A stretch of DNA of 64,000 nucleotides from a virus, in the IMG/VR virus record IMGVR_UViG_3300044644_001556. One strand, written 5' to 3'. Made by a program: the position numbers and the translations under genes. The notes under the pieces are model-generated. The model did not search any database, was not told the DNA's origin, and saw only the letters and a program-made list of their open reading frames with translations. Shown here piece by piece: positions 36,573 to 46,322 of this stretch (its first letter is position 1; every line of letters begins with the position of its first letter).

Positions 36573-37124
36573 ATGAAAAAAATATTTTTATTATTACCAT
36601 TATTAACTGCATGCAATAACGATCATCAACAACAACAAGTTCCTTACGTACAGCAAATACCACAAAATGCTTACGTTCAACAAGAACAATACCAGCAACC
36701 ACCGCAATATATACCACAACCAGTTATAGTTCAACAACCAATGGCTCAACAACCACAATATGTTCAACACGATTCTGGTTCGGGAGTTGGTAGTTTCGTT
36801 GCCGGAGCAGCTGCGGGCGCATTAGCATCACATGTTTATAATAAAATGAATGAACCTGATCAAATCAATCATTCAGCTAATACTCAACATTCTCCACATT
36901 TTAATACCGATGTTATAAGATCTCCGAGTAATACATCTTCGGCTAATTTAACTCCGAAGACTTTGACTCCAGCTCCGACTAAAAATTATATGGATATGAA
37001 TAAATTATCAGAACATTCATCTGATCGTAAATCATATTATTCAACTCCATCAGCTGCATCAAAACCAACACCATCTAAATCATCAGGTGGATTTATGAAT
37101 ATGAATAAATTAGCGAGAAAATAA
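36573..37124 (+). CDS. Gln/Pro-rich lipoprotein
   Basis: Lipobox LTAC; glycine-zipper-like GAAAGALA. Confidence 0.7.
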   Translation: MKKIFLLLPLLTACNNDHQQQQVPYVQQIPQNAYVQQEQYQQPPQYIPQPVIVQQPMAQQPQYVQHDSGSGVGSFVAGAAAGALASHVYNKMNEPDQINHSANTQHSPHFNTDVIRSPSNTSSANLTPKTLTPAPTKNYMDMNKLSEHSSDRKSYYSTPSAASKPTPSKSSGGFMNMNKLARK

Positions 37125-37125
37125 A

Positions 37126-37707
37126 ATGATTATTAGAAAACAATTTAAATTCGAAGGCGCCCATATTGTTAGAAATTGCTCTTCAAATAGATGTAAATTT
37201 AGTATTCATGGTCATTCGTATGTAGTAGAAGTATTCTTTACTGCAGATGATTTAGATAACGGCCAAATGATTATGGATTTTGGTTTAATGAAAAATACCG
37301 TAGGGCAATTTATTGATTCGTTTGATCATGCATATACGGCTTGGTCGAAAGAATCACCGGAATTTAAAAATTTTATTAAAGACCATTCAGCTAGATATAT
37401 TGAAATGCCAGTTAGTCCATCAGCTGAAGCTTTATCTTTAATGTTCCTTTTTGTATTAGATAAAATCGTAGAAAATACTGAATTTAATAACGGCGAAGTA
37501 GGTGTTAGAATTAATTCAGTTCGAGTCCATGAAACGACTACTGGATATGCAGAATCATTCCGCGATGATTTAAAATTATTCCCGTATGAATTATCTGATA
37601 TCTTTATTAGTGAAGATATTAAAGAAGAATGGAAAGATCCTGATATGTGGAATAAATTGATTAATGGTGTTAAATTTAATAACCCAATTGTGGTCCAACA
37701 AGTATGA
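37126..37707 (+). CDS. queD: 6-carboxytetrahydropterin synthase
   Basis: FEGAH, C...HGHSY, DFG, FDH, PSAE, VHET. Confidence 0.9.
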   Translation: MIIRKQFKFEGAHIVRNCSSNRCKFSIHGHSYVVEVFFTADDLDNGQMIMDFGLMKNTVGQFIDSFDHAYTAWSKESPEFKNFIKDHSARYIEMPVSPSAEALSLMFLFVLDKIVENTEFNNGEVGVRINSVRVHETTTGYAESFRDDLKLFPYELSDIFISEDIKEEWKDPDMWNKLINGVKFNNPIVVQQV

Positions 37708-37850
37708 ACGTAATTACTGTTGAATTTACTGAGGAAGTAAAACAGGATTTATTAAGTAAAGGTATCGATGTTTATAATGAAGTATGTAGAGCATTACCAT
37801 TTGAAGAAATCGATATTAAAGTAATTAAAGATCCCGATTCTGTAAATTAA
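37704..37850 (+). CDS. Small hypothetical protein (48 aa)
   Basis: ATGA overlap with queD. Confidence 0.5.
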   Translation: MNVITVEFTEEVKQDLLSKGIDVYNEVCRALPFEEIDIKVIKDPDSVN

Positions 37851-37919
37851 TAAAAATATAATTTTTAAATAGTGGTTTTAATAACCACTATTTTTTTAGC
37901 TAATACTTACGGATATAAT

Positions 37920-39014
37920 ATGAAATTTTTAAAAGATTTTAACAAAACAGTTAGTAAAATGGGTGAAGGTGTAAATACGGATACTTCACCTCCGGATTGG
38001 TGGTTCGGCTCTGGTAACTATGTTTTAAATAAAATTATCGCCGGTAATTTCGATCGATGTATAGGTCAGGGTAGAGTTACAGGATTAGCTGGACCATCAG
38101 GTGCAGGTAAAAGCTTTTTATTAGCTAATATCATTAAACAAGCTCAAAAAGAAGGTGCTTATATTCTTTTACTTGATAGTGAAGGGGCATTCGATGATGA
38201 TTGGGCAACTGCTATTGGCATCGATGTAACTAGTGAAAATTATAACTGTATTCAGGTTTGTACTATTCCTCAAGTAGTTAAAATTGTTAGTTCATTTACT
38301 AAAGGGTATCGAGAAGATTATCCAGATGGTAAAGGCCCGAAAGTTTTAATAGCAGTTGATAGTTGCGATATGTTAATGACTGACAGCGAATCGGAAAAAT
38401 ACGATAAAGGTAATCCGAATGCAGATCAAGGTCAACATCCAAAGCAAATCAAACAGATGTTAAAAACTTTCGTAAATGATATTAAATCATTATATGTTAG
38501 TATGATCGTTACGAAACAAGTTTATCCAGCTAATCATGATCAGTTATTAAAAGGCGAAGGTGCTTGGGTGGTTAATGATGCAATTCGATATTCATTATCA
38601 CAAATCATGTTAATTACTAAATTAAAATTGAAAAGTGATTCTGGTATTACCGGTATTAGAATGAAGGTTGAAGGTTTTAAAACTAGATTTGCTAAACCAT
38701 TTCAGCAAGTAACGATTGAAGTTCCGTATGATACTGGCATGAATCCATATAGTGGTTTATTGGATGTAGCTGTTAATATGGGAATTGTTACTAAAAGAGG
38801 TGCTTGGAATTATATCGAAGGAACTGATATTAGTTGGTCTGGTGAAAAAAATACAACAGAAGCACATTACTCTAAAATTTTAGAGCTAGCTGCAACCAAG
38901 GATGTTTTTTTACAAGTAGATGAAGAGGATGATGTTTCAGCAGCCGCATCTAGACAAAAAAAACTAATGGAAAAGCATGCACCAAAAGATGATGAAAGTG
39001 TAGATGTAGATTAA
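37920..39014 (+). CDS. uvsX: RecA-like recombinase
   Basis: GPSGAGKS, LDSE, AVDS, KTRFAKPF, IPY-like VPYDTGMNPYSGL; start re-placed at ATG 37920. Confidence 0.9.
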   Translation: MKFLKDFNKTVSKMGEGVNTDTSPPDWWFGSGNYVLNKIIAGNFDRCIGQGRVTGLAGPSGAGKSFLLANIIKQAQKEGAYILLLDSEGAFDDDWATAIGIDVTSENYNCIQVCTIPQVVKIVSSFTKGYREDYPDGKGPKVLIAVDSCDMLMTDSESEKYDKGNPNADQGQHPKQIKQMLKTFVNDIKSLYVSMIVTKQVYPANHDQLLKGEGAWVVNDAIRYSLSQIMLITKLKLKSDSGITGIRMKVEGFKTRFAKPFQQVTIEVPYDTGMNPYSGLLDVAVNMGIVTKRGAWNYIEGTDISWSGEKNTTEAHYSKILELAATKDVFLQVDEEDDVSAAASRQKKLMEKHAPKDDESVDVD

Positions 39015-39030
39015 ATTCTTTACTATTCGG

Positions 39031-39066
39031 GGTTAGTTAAATATAATATTTAACTAACCTTTTTTT
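39031..39066 (+). terminator. Intrinsic terminator
   Basis: GGTTAGTTAAATAT/ATATTTAACTAACC followed by a T-run. Confidence 0.75.
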
Positions 39067-39072
39067 ACTATT

Positions 39073-39675
39073 ATGAAATTACAAGAACTTATTTTAGAAT
39101 CGCCCGTTTTAACCGATAAAATATCTAACTATTTAGATAACCCGGTTAAAAATCAAAGTCAGTTAGAAAAATTTTCGACGATGCATAAACAGCATTTATT
39201 TGACTTGGGAAAATATACACACGTATTTAAAATTTATAATAATAATGATGAATATTATATAGCTATAGATAGTCATGATATGAAAATCGTTTATTATATG
39301 TCATATAATTTTACTAGCGTTCCTATATTGGGCATGGCAGTAAACCAATCATTTGTTTGGTTAGATAAAGATTACCCACACACTAAAGGATTACCGAAAA
39401 AAATGTTCTTTGATTATTTGTTAAAAGAACATAATATAGTCATTACTGATTCAATTCAAACTTGGGATGGTCGTGATTTTTGGTTAAGACGATTATTAGA
39501 AGCGTTTCAAAAACATTTACATGTTTATTATATTGATTTATCGAAAAATCATATAGAACCAGTTATGCGATATATGGATGTTTATAAATTAGATAAGAAA
39601 TATCAAATATGGGCTCCATTAGATTTAAATGCATACGATAGACGGTTAATTATTTCCACTACTGAATTATTATAA
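39073..39675 (+). CDS. Hypothetical protein (weak GNAT-like motif)
   Basis: TDSIQTWDGRDFW; MKLQELILE leader. Confidence 0.55.
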   Translation: MKLQELILESPVLTDKISNYLDNPVKNQSQLEKFSTMHKQHLFDLGKYTHVFKIYNNNDEYYIAIDSHDMKIVYYMSYNFTSVPILGMAVNQSFVWLDKDYPHTKGLPKKMFFDYLLKEHNIVITDSIQTWDGRDFWLRRLLEAFQKHLHVYYIDLSKNHIEPVMRYMDVYKLDKKYQIWAPLDLNAYDRRLIISTTELL

Positions 39676-40139
39676 TGACTACTAGCTTAGATTTAATAAA
39701 AAAAGACTTAAAACATTTAGATAAAATTATAGAAATATACACTGAAGATTTAAACGAAGCCGATATTTTATTAAAATTAACTAATAAAAAAATCGATATG
39801 GCTAATGCCGAGCATTCGGGTTGGAAAAATTATTATCATGCAAAAGAAGTAGAAGTCAAATATTTAAAAGAATACGTTCGATCCAAATTAGATGAAGTCC
39901 ATGGTGAATTATGGGTAAAATATACTGAAAAGATGGATCGAGTATTAACTCAAAAAGATAAAGAACAATATATTAGAAGAGAACCAATTTATTTAAACAT
40001 ATTATCAGAATTTTTAAAAATACAAGAATTACATGAGCAATTTGTTAGATTAAATGAAAGTTTTACTACCAGAGGCTATGTATTAAATAATTTAACTAGA
40101 TTAATTACATCAGATACTAATGATTGGATCATACCGTGA
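39675..40139 (+). CDS. uvsY: Recombination mediator, UvsY-like
   Basis: Helical 154 aa protein between uvsX and uvsW; Y-x-E...L...D-x-E-x-YI pattern. Confidence 0.7.
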   Translation: MTTSLDLIKKDLKHLDKIIEIYTEDLNEADILLKLTNKKIDMANAEHSGWKNYYHAKEVEVKYLKEYVRSKLDEVHGELWVKYTEKMDRVLTQKDKEQYIRREPIYLNILSEFLKIQELHEQFVRLNESFTTRGYVLNNLTRLITSDTNDWIIP

Positions 40140-42148
40140 GTGATAAACCTACTATTAACGTAACTATACATGACGAAGTAAAATGCCAATTTATCGGTAT
40201 TGATAAAACCACAATTGATTACTTATATAATAAATTTAGCTTATTTGTAGAAAATTATAAATTTAACCCTAGATTTCAATTAGGTGTTTGGGATGGTAAA
40301 AAGCAATTTTTTACTAAACAAGGACAAACCTTTGTTTACCTTATGCCTGAAATTATTTCAATTTTAAAATCTAGAAATTATAATATTGAAATAATTGATA
40401 ATAGAAGTCTACCTTTTTACGACGTCAGTGATCCGATAGAAAAAGATTACTTTAGTCATATCATCAATAAAAAAACAAAAAAACCTTACATGTTAACGGA
40501 TCACCAGCATGAAGCTATTAATAAGATGTTACCGATTGGTAGCGGTATAGCTTTAGCTGGAACCGGCTTCGGTAAAGCACAACCTCTATATTGTAAAATA
40601 TTAACGCCTACTGGTTGGACTACTATGGGTGATATCAAATCAGGAGATTTGGTATTTACGCCTAAAAATACGGTTGCTAGGGTGGTTAATACGTACGATC
40701 AAGGTATTACTGACGTTTATAAAATTAATTTAGATGATGGTGGTGTAACTTACTCGCATATAGATCATTTATGGAAAATTTATAATCAAAGATGGTTATA
40801 TAGTGGAGAAGAACCTTTTAGTGTAATTTCTACTAACGAGATTATGGATATATTGAATAATACATCAAAAGATGTTTATTTGCCGGTTATTCCAATACCA
40901 ATTAATTTTAAAAAATATGATTATCATATCGATCCGTATATCACCGGTTGTATATTACCGTTCGTTGAAATCGAAAATGATCAATTAATCATTAAAGAGC
41001 GCAAAGCTAGTACCCATACCCACAGCGAAATAAAAATATCTAATCTTATAGATACATTTAAACAATACGGAATTATTATCAAATATTATGATAAAATCGG
41101 TAGATTAGAAGCGGAAAATAATTCCGGTCAGTTTATTATTGAGGCTGCTAAATCTACCATTATAAATCAAATGGAAATACCGACCACTTACGTATTTTGT
41201 GATAGTAATGATAGATTGCGTTTTTTGCAAGGTGCTTGTGATGTAGGCGGAACATTATCGAAAAATGGACAAATAAGTTTATCAATCCCAAATACTAGAA
41301 TTAAAAATCAAATTAGAGAAATGATTTTACTTCAAGGTGGGTGCCTTGATCCGTTAAATAATAGATCTAGTTACAACAAACGATTAAACTCGACAATTTA
41401 TTTTACTCATCATTATCCAGATGCGTTTTTTACTGAGTTAAGTAAGAAAAAACATTATATTTTACATAAAACGGATAATAGATCGAAATTATCTAAGAAT
41501 AGAAAAATTGTTAGTATTGAACATATCGGACAGGAACCGACTAGATGCATATACATAGATGACGCAGATCATCTATATATTACGGATGATTGTATTATTA
41601 CACACAATACCATTTTAAATGCTACTATGTGTGATGTTTATGCAAAGAAAGGATGCAAAACTTTAACTATAGTACCGGCTACAACATTAATTAATCAAAC
41701 TATTGCTCAATTTAAAGATTTAGGATTATCTGTTGGTCATTATAATTCCGAAAATCAAGATTTAGAACCAGATCATATAATTATGACATGGCAAACATTA
41801 AAGAATTATCCGCATTTGATCAAATTATTTCAGATGGTGGTAGTTGATGAATGTATTGCTGGATCTTCTAGTATTTTATTGGCTAATGGTTATACTAAAT
41901 TAATTCAAGATATTGCAGTTAATGACATTATTATGTCATTTGACGAGGAAGCCGGATATTTCGTAAGTGATCGAGTTAGTAAAGTACATAAAAATTTATT
42001 AAAATCATCTGATGAATTGATGTACGAATTGGAATTCGATAATGGGAACATTTTACAAGTAACTGGAAATCATTTAATTTTAACAGAAGGGGGTTATAAA
42101 CGAGCAGATCAATTAACGGAGGAAGATGAAATAATTAACAGTGGGTGA
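40136..42148 (+). CDS. uvsW: UvsW helicase N-terminal fragment with a cis-intein and a split-intein N-half
   Basis: GVWDGK, GTGFGK/intein/T, TWQTL, VVVDE/CIAG...; GTG start overlaps the uvsY TGA. Confidence 0.9.
   Translation: MSDKPTINVTIHDEVKCQFIGIDKTTIDYLYNKFSLFVENYKFNPRFQLGVWDGKKQFFTKQGQTFVYLMPEIISILKSRNYNIEIIDNRSLPFYDVSDPIEKDYFSHIINKKTKKPYMLTDHQHEAINKMLPIGSGIALAGTGFGKAQPLYCKILTPTGWTTMGDIKSGDLVFTPKNTVARVVNTYDQGITDVYKINLDDGGVTYSHIDHLWKIYNQRWLYSGEEPFSVISTNEIMDILNNTSKDVYLPVIPIPINFKKYDYHIDPYITGCILPFVEIENDQLIIKERKASTHTHSEIKISNLIDTFKQYGIIIKYYDKIGRLEAENNSGQFIIEAAKSTIINQMEIPTTYVFCDSNDRLRFLQGACDVGGTLSKNGQISLSIPNTRIKNQIREMILLQGGCLDPLNNRSSYNKRLNSTIYFTHHYPDAFFTELSKKKHYILHKTDNRSKLSKNRKIVSIEHIGQEPTRCIYIDDADHLYITDDCIITHNTILNATMCDVYAKKGCKTLTIVPATTLINQTIAQFKDLGLSVGHYNSENQDLEPDHIIMTWQTLKNYPHLIKLFQMVVVDECIAGSSSILLANGYTKLIQDIAVNDIIMSFDEEAGYFVSDRVSKVHKNLLKSSDELMYELEFDNGNILQVTGNHLILTEGGYKRADQLTEEDEIINSG
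40577..41608 (+). mobile_element. Class 3 (Ala1, WCT) intein with degenerate LAGLIDADG endonuclease, 344 aa
   Basis: K/AQPL...HLW...FLQGACDVGG...TRCIYID...ITHN/T. Confidence 0.88.
41852..42145 (+). mobile_element. Split intein N-fragment (98 aa)
   Basis: E/CIAGSSSILL...VTGNH...ADQLTEEDEI, then stop. Confidence 0.9.
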
Positions 42149-42188
42149 TAGAACCGCATTTATTTACAAATTTTTTTAGGTCATAGAT

Positions 42189-42428
42189 ATGCAACATCAT
42201 TTTAGTATTGAAAAGTATTACAAAGGATTAGAAGACGGATACGTAGAAAAGTCAAAAATATCACAGCGAGTAAATTCGCCCCGATGTTGCGATCCATTAT
42301 TAATTCCGTTTATCTATAATGACCGAGGAGAAAAACAGTTTATAAGTGACGGTGATAGAATTGCAATAATAGATGGAGTTAAGATAATTAAATCTAGTAT
42401 TGTCAGGAAATTTAAAAAATACATATAG
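42189..42428 (+). CDS. Hypothetical protein inside the fractured uvsW locus
   Basis: AGGT RBS; ORF track. Confidence 0.6.
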   Translation: MQHHFSIEKYYKGLEDGYVEKSKISQRVNSPRCCDPLLIPFIYNDRGEKQFISDGDRIAIIDGVKIIKSSIVRKFKKYI

Positions 42429-42438
42429 AGGCACTAAA

Positions 42439-43014
42439 ATGAGTAACGAAAATGAAGTAACCATTAATAATGGAAATAATGGTAACAATAACGGAAATAA
42501 TGGGAATTCTAATAACGGAAATAATGGGAATTCTAATAATGGAAATAACGGAAATTCTAACAATAACGGTAATCACGATAATGGCCATTCTGGCAATAAC
42601 GACAATTCCGGGAATGGCGACAATTCGCATGATAACAATAACAACGATAATTATATTAATCCTGATGTTGATAGCGATATCCATGAGTTAGATGATATTG
42701 GTGATTCGGATAATATCGACGTAGAAGATCACGACGGTGATAATCCAATCAAACGAATATCATTATATGATTACGATGAAGTTTATTATTCGTTTGATTT
42801 ATCTAGAATAAGTTCTATAGTTATCCACAATAGCAAAACATTTGCTCAAACTGTTAGCTTAAGATTAGAGATAGATAGTACTAAAATTTATAAATTTTAT
42901 ACTAATCATAGAAATACAAAAAATGTTAAAATCGAAAGTTCATTTATTGAACAAGATACTTTTAGACAATTAGTTATAGACTTAGGTTTATACGATTATA
43001 GATTTCCATTTTAA
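42439..43014 (+). CDS. Asn/Gly/Asp low-complexity protein inside the fractured uvsW locus
   Basis: GAGG RBS before ATG 42439; NNGNNGNS repeats, then a globular-looking C-terminus. Confidence 0.65.
   Translation: MSNENEVTINNGNNGNNNGNNGNSNNGNNGNSNNGNNGNSNNNGNHDNGHSGNNDNSGNGDNSHDNNNNDNYINPDVDSDIHELDDIGDSDNIDVEDHDGDNPIKRISLYDYDEVYYSFDLSRISSIVIHNSKTFAQTVSLRLEIDSTKIYKFYTNHRNTKNVKIESSFIEQDTFRQLVIDLGLYDYRFPF
42487..42558 (+). repeat. 24-bp coding tandem repeat x3
   Basis: AATAACGGAAATAATGGGAATTCT and a variant, encoding NNGNNGNS. Confidence 0.85.
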
Positions 43015-43030
43015 ATGATGAGGAGATGAT

Positions 43031-43363
43031 ATGGAAAATAACGATTTTATTAACGTAGAGCTTTTTATACGTGGTCCGGATTTCCATATCATCGAACCTA
43101 TAGCCGATAAGTGGGCTGATGAGTTTGATTGCTATAGCATTATTAACTGCGGTTATCATTCGGCTTATATTTTTGAGGATTTTAATGTAATATATAAACT
43201 GAAACATTATAAAAATACTTATCTGCCAATATTAGCTGAAAATTTACCAGAAAATGCTTACGTTTTAAATATAACGGATTGGAATGGTAATATTATATAT
43301 ACCGCCGGCAAATATAATATAGATAGAGATAATTCAAAAATAGTCCATCATAGATATAATTAA
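43031..43363 (+). CDS. Hypothetical protein inside the fractured uvsW locus
   Basis: AGGAG RBS. Confidence 0.65.
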   Translation: MENNDFINVELFIRGPDFHIIEPIADKWADEFDCYSIINCGYHSAYIFEDFNVIYKLKHYKNTYLPILAENLPENAYVLNITDWNGNIIYTAGKYNIDRDNSKIVHHRYN

Positions 43364-43364
43364 A

Positions 43365-43469
43365 ATGAAATTAATTAAAAGAACATTAATAGAAAAACCA
43401 GAATATGTTTATAATTTAGAAGTAGAAAAAAATCATAATTACGTCGCAAATGGCGTTGTAGTTTCAAAT
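43365..43469 (+). mobile_element. Split intein C-fragment (35 aa)
   Basis: MKLIKRTLIEKPEYVYNLEVEKNHNYVANGVVVSN/C (blocks F and G). Confidence 0.92.
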
Positions 43470-44279
43470 TGTCACGGATCAAAAGCAAAAACACTATATG
43501 AATTATTAACGGATTATGGTCAACATATAGTCCATAGATATGGATTAACCGGGACGTTACCGAAAGATCCAGTTAATAAATTACAAGTTCATATTGCGTT
43601 AGGTCATGTAAATTGTTCGTATTCAGCAAAAGATTTAATTGAATCTGGTTGGCTAGCTCAGCCTAATATTACCGTCGTTCAATTAGATGATATTCAATGC
43701 CTTCGAGATGGGGGCGTTAAAAAACCGCACGATTTAATGTACGAAGAAGAAGAACATTTTATCAAATCAAATACTCAACGATTACAATGGTTAGCTGATC
43801 GTATAGTAGCCGATTCTAAAAAATCAAAAGTAGGTAATACTTTAGTTTTAATCAATAATATTAAATTCGGTAAAGAATTGGGTGCATTGATTCCAAATTC
43901 ACATGTTTTAAATGGTTCGAATAAAGATTCAGCTAGAAAAGCAGTTTATGATTTATTCGAAACTAATGATGATGTTATTGCGATCTGTACTAAAGGTATA
44001 GCCGGCGTTGGATTGAGCGTCGATCGTATTTTTAATTTGGTGTTTATTGATGCTGGCAAATCATTTATAGCGACTATTCAGCAAATAGGTAGGGGTCTAC
44101 GAAAAGGTAGAGATAAAGATTCGGTTAATATTTCCGATATCTGTAGTAATATGACGTCAGCTGATGCCCGAATGAAAAAACGAATTGCTTATTATAAAGA
44201 AGCCGGGTATCCATTTAAATTAACTCAAGCGCAATATCATAAAAATACTGAAGTTGACGATATCTTCAATATTGATTGA
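43365..44279 (+). CDS. uvsW: Split-intein C-half fused to the UvsW helicase C-terminal fragment
   Basis: 35-aa IntC, then CHG, YGLTGTLP, GLS, QQIGRGLR. Confidence 0.9.
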   Translation: MKLIKRTLIEKPEYVYNLEVEKNHNYVANGVVVSNCHGSKAKTLYELLTDYGQHIVHRYGLTGTLPKDPVNKLQVHIALGHVNCSYSAKDLIESGWLAQPNITVVQLDDIQCLRDGGVKKPHDLMYEEEEHFIKSNTQRLQWLADRIVADSKKSKVGNTLVLINNIKFGKELGALIPNSHVLNGSNKDSARKAVYDLFETNDDVIAICTKGIAGVGLSVDRIFNLVFIDAGKSFIATIQQIGRGLRKGRDKDSVNISDICSNMTSADARMKKRIAYYKEAGYPFKLTQAQYHKNTEVDDIFNID

Positions 44280-44304
44280 TTTTTTCATACTATTATACTA
44301 TAAT
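44276..44304 (+). promoter_or_regulatory. Sigma70-type promoter
   Basis: TTGATT-N17-TATAAT. Confidence 0.65.
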
Positions 44305-44338
44305 TTAACTTTACATTTAATGAATGGGATCTTTTTAT

Positions 44339-45697
44339 ATGTCTATATATAATATTTTGCAAGAATTATCGGAAACTACAAAATCAACAATTAAAATTAA
44401 TATTTTAAAAGAACATATCGATAATGAATTATTAAAACGAGTATTCGTAGCTGCATTATCACCGATCAATATTTATTATATTAAAAAAATTCCAGACTAT
44501 ACTCCATCAGAAAATCCAACATTAACTTTAGATGATGCTTTAAGTAAATTAGTCGATTTTTCATCAAGAAAATATACCGGTAATGCAGCTATTCAACATT
44601 TAACTAATATCTTAAATGCATTATCCGAATCTGATGCTGATATTATTTCAAGAATTATTCAAGGTAATTTAAAATGTGGGGTTAATGAAAGCACCATTAA
44701 TAAAGTATTTAAAGATTTAATTCCAGAATATCCGTATCAGCGATGCTCTCAACTCAAATCAGCTAAAGCCGCAAAATACCCTTGGGATAAAGGAGTTTAC
44801 TCTCAATTAAAAGCTGATGGATTATATGCTAATTTAAATTATTCAAATGTGGGTGAAATTCGTATTTTAACTCGTGCCGGGCGCGAATTTGAATCTCATG
44901 ATCAATTTGCTAATATTATTGATTACGTAAAAAATAATTTTTATAAAAATACTCAAACGCACGGTGAGTTTTTAGTCGAAAAAGATGGTAAAATTTTACC
45001 TAGAGAAATTGGTAATGGTATATTAAATAAAGTTTCTAAAGGTGGAAAATTTGAAGAAAATGAAAAACCAATTTATATGGTTTGGGATCAGATTCCATTA
45101 GATAATGCAGTACCGAAAGGTCGTTATGAAAAAACCTATGATTTTCGGTATAGTGAATTAATTTCTCAAATTAAAACGAGTAAAGCAGATATTCAATTAA
45201 TTAAATCTAAATTAGTTTATAGTCTAGAAGAAGCATTAGCTGATTTTCAATATTGGTTATCTTTAGGTTACGAAGGTAGTGTTATTAAAAATCCGGATGG
45301 TTTTTGGCGCGATGGTACTAGTACCGATCAAATTAAATTAAAATTAATTGTTGAAGTTGATTTAGAAATTGTTGGTTATACTACTGGTACTGGTAAAAAT
45401 AAAGAAATGTTTGGTTCTATTATGACTAAAACGTCGGATGATTTATTAGAAGTAAATATTCCCGGTATTAAAGATGCTATGCGTAAATATATTCATGAAC
45501 ATGCCGATGAATTAATTGGGACTATCGTAGTCGTTAAATTTAATAATATCTTACCACCCACCGATAATAATACTAAATACTCATTATTCCTACCTCGATT
45601 CGTCGAGTTAAGATCCGATAAATTAATTGCCGATTCATTAGAACAAGTTATCGATCAATATGATAGTGCTATTAATAGTATGAAATATTTAGATTGA
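44339..45697 (+). CDS. ATP-dependent DNA ligase, gp30-like
   Basis: KADG, HGE, EGSVIK, KLK, LFLPRF-x-x-x-R-x-DK. Confidence 0.93.
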   Translation: MSIYNILQELSETTKSTIKINILKEHIDNELLKRVFVAALSPINIYYIKKIPDYTPSENPTLTLDDALSKLVDFSSRKYTGNAAIQHLTNILNALSESDADIISRIIQGNLKCGVNESTINKVFKDLIPEYPYQRCSQLKSAKAAKYPWDKGVYSQLKADGLYANLNYSNVGEIRILTRAGREFESHDQFANIIDYVKNNFYKNTQTHGEFLVEKDGKILPREIGNGILNKVSKGGKFEENEKPIYMVWDQIPLDNAVPKGRYEKTYDFRYSELISQIKTSKADIQLIKSKLVYSLEEALADFQYWLSLGYEGSVIKNPDGFWRDGTSTDQIKLKLIVEVDLEIVGYTTGTGKNKEMFGSIMTKTSDDLLEVNIPGIKDAMRKYIHEHADELIGTIVVVKFNNILPPTDNNTKYSLFLPRFVELRSDKLIADSLEQVIDQYDSAINSMKYLD

Positions 45698-45722
45698 CAA
45701 AGTATTATTTTTAATATATAAT
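45694..45722 (+). promoter_or_regulatory. Consensus sigma70 promoter
   Basis: TTGACA-N17-TATAAT. Confidence 0.8.
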
Positions 45723-45751
45723 CGGTAATATTTAACTACTAGGGATTACCG

Positions 45752-46243
45752 ATGATTTTGCAAAATGAAGAAGGTAAGCCATTCGTTATTGACGATATTA
45801 AAACTACGCCAGCTTATAACTATGTTTGGTGTTTAGATTTAAAAGAACAAGATTATATTTTATCCAATATTAAAATATTGGAAGAAAATACTTGTAGTAC
45901 GATAACTTTAATGGTCAATGGAACTACATTTAAAATGCCTGCGTATTGGTATATTTTAGTATGCGATCCCGAAACGACGCAATTAGATGCGGTTCAAGCT
46001 TCAACATTATCGAATAATATATTTTACGCTTTGGTTTATGGTGCATCGACTAATCAGCCAAGTTTCCTACCTATTCATGTTTTAAATTGGGAAGCCGAAG
46101 AAGTAAATGTTTATCCATCGACTACTAGAAATCTAATGTTATGTCATGATGTCGGCGATGGGAAATGGGTATCGATTTCTTTCTCCGATACGTATAATAG
46201 ATTTCTTAAAGATACTACTGCTAATAATTTGGTGAATTACTAA
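45752..46243 (+). CDS. Hypothetical protein
   Basis: ORF with RBS. Confidence 0.7.
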   Translation: MILQNEEGKPFVIDDIKTTPAYNYVWCLDLKEQDYILSNIKILEENTCSTITLMVNGTTFKMPAYWYILVCDPETTQLDAVQASTLSNNIFYALVYGASTNQPSFLPIHVLNWEAEEVNVYPSTTRNLMLCHDVGDGKWVSISFSDTYNRFLKDTTANNLVNY

Positions 46244-46322
46244 TGTGGGATATTAAAATAATGTGGGAATATATTAAAATTAAAATATTAGATATATTTG
46301 TTTATTTACTTAGGGGTAAGTA

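Noticed and set aside
42300-42691. ORFs 42300-42563, 42412-42684 and 42470-42691
   Set aside because: Alternative frames of the stop-poor Asn/Gly repeat.
42149-43364. Self-splicing intron or stop-codon readthrough rejoining uvsW
   Set aside because: No group I/II core is recognisable, TGA-TAG and further stops follow IntN, and IntC has its own ATG at the canonical split position.
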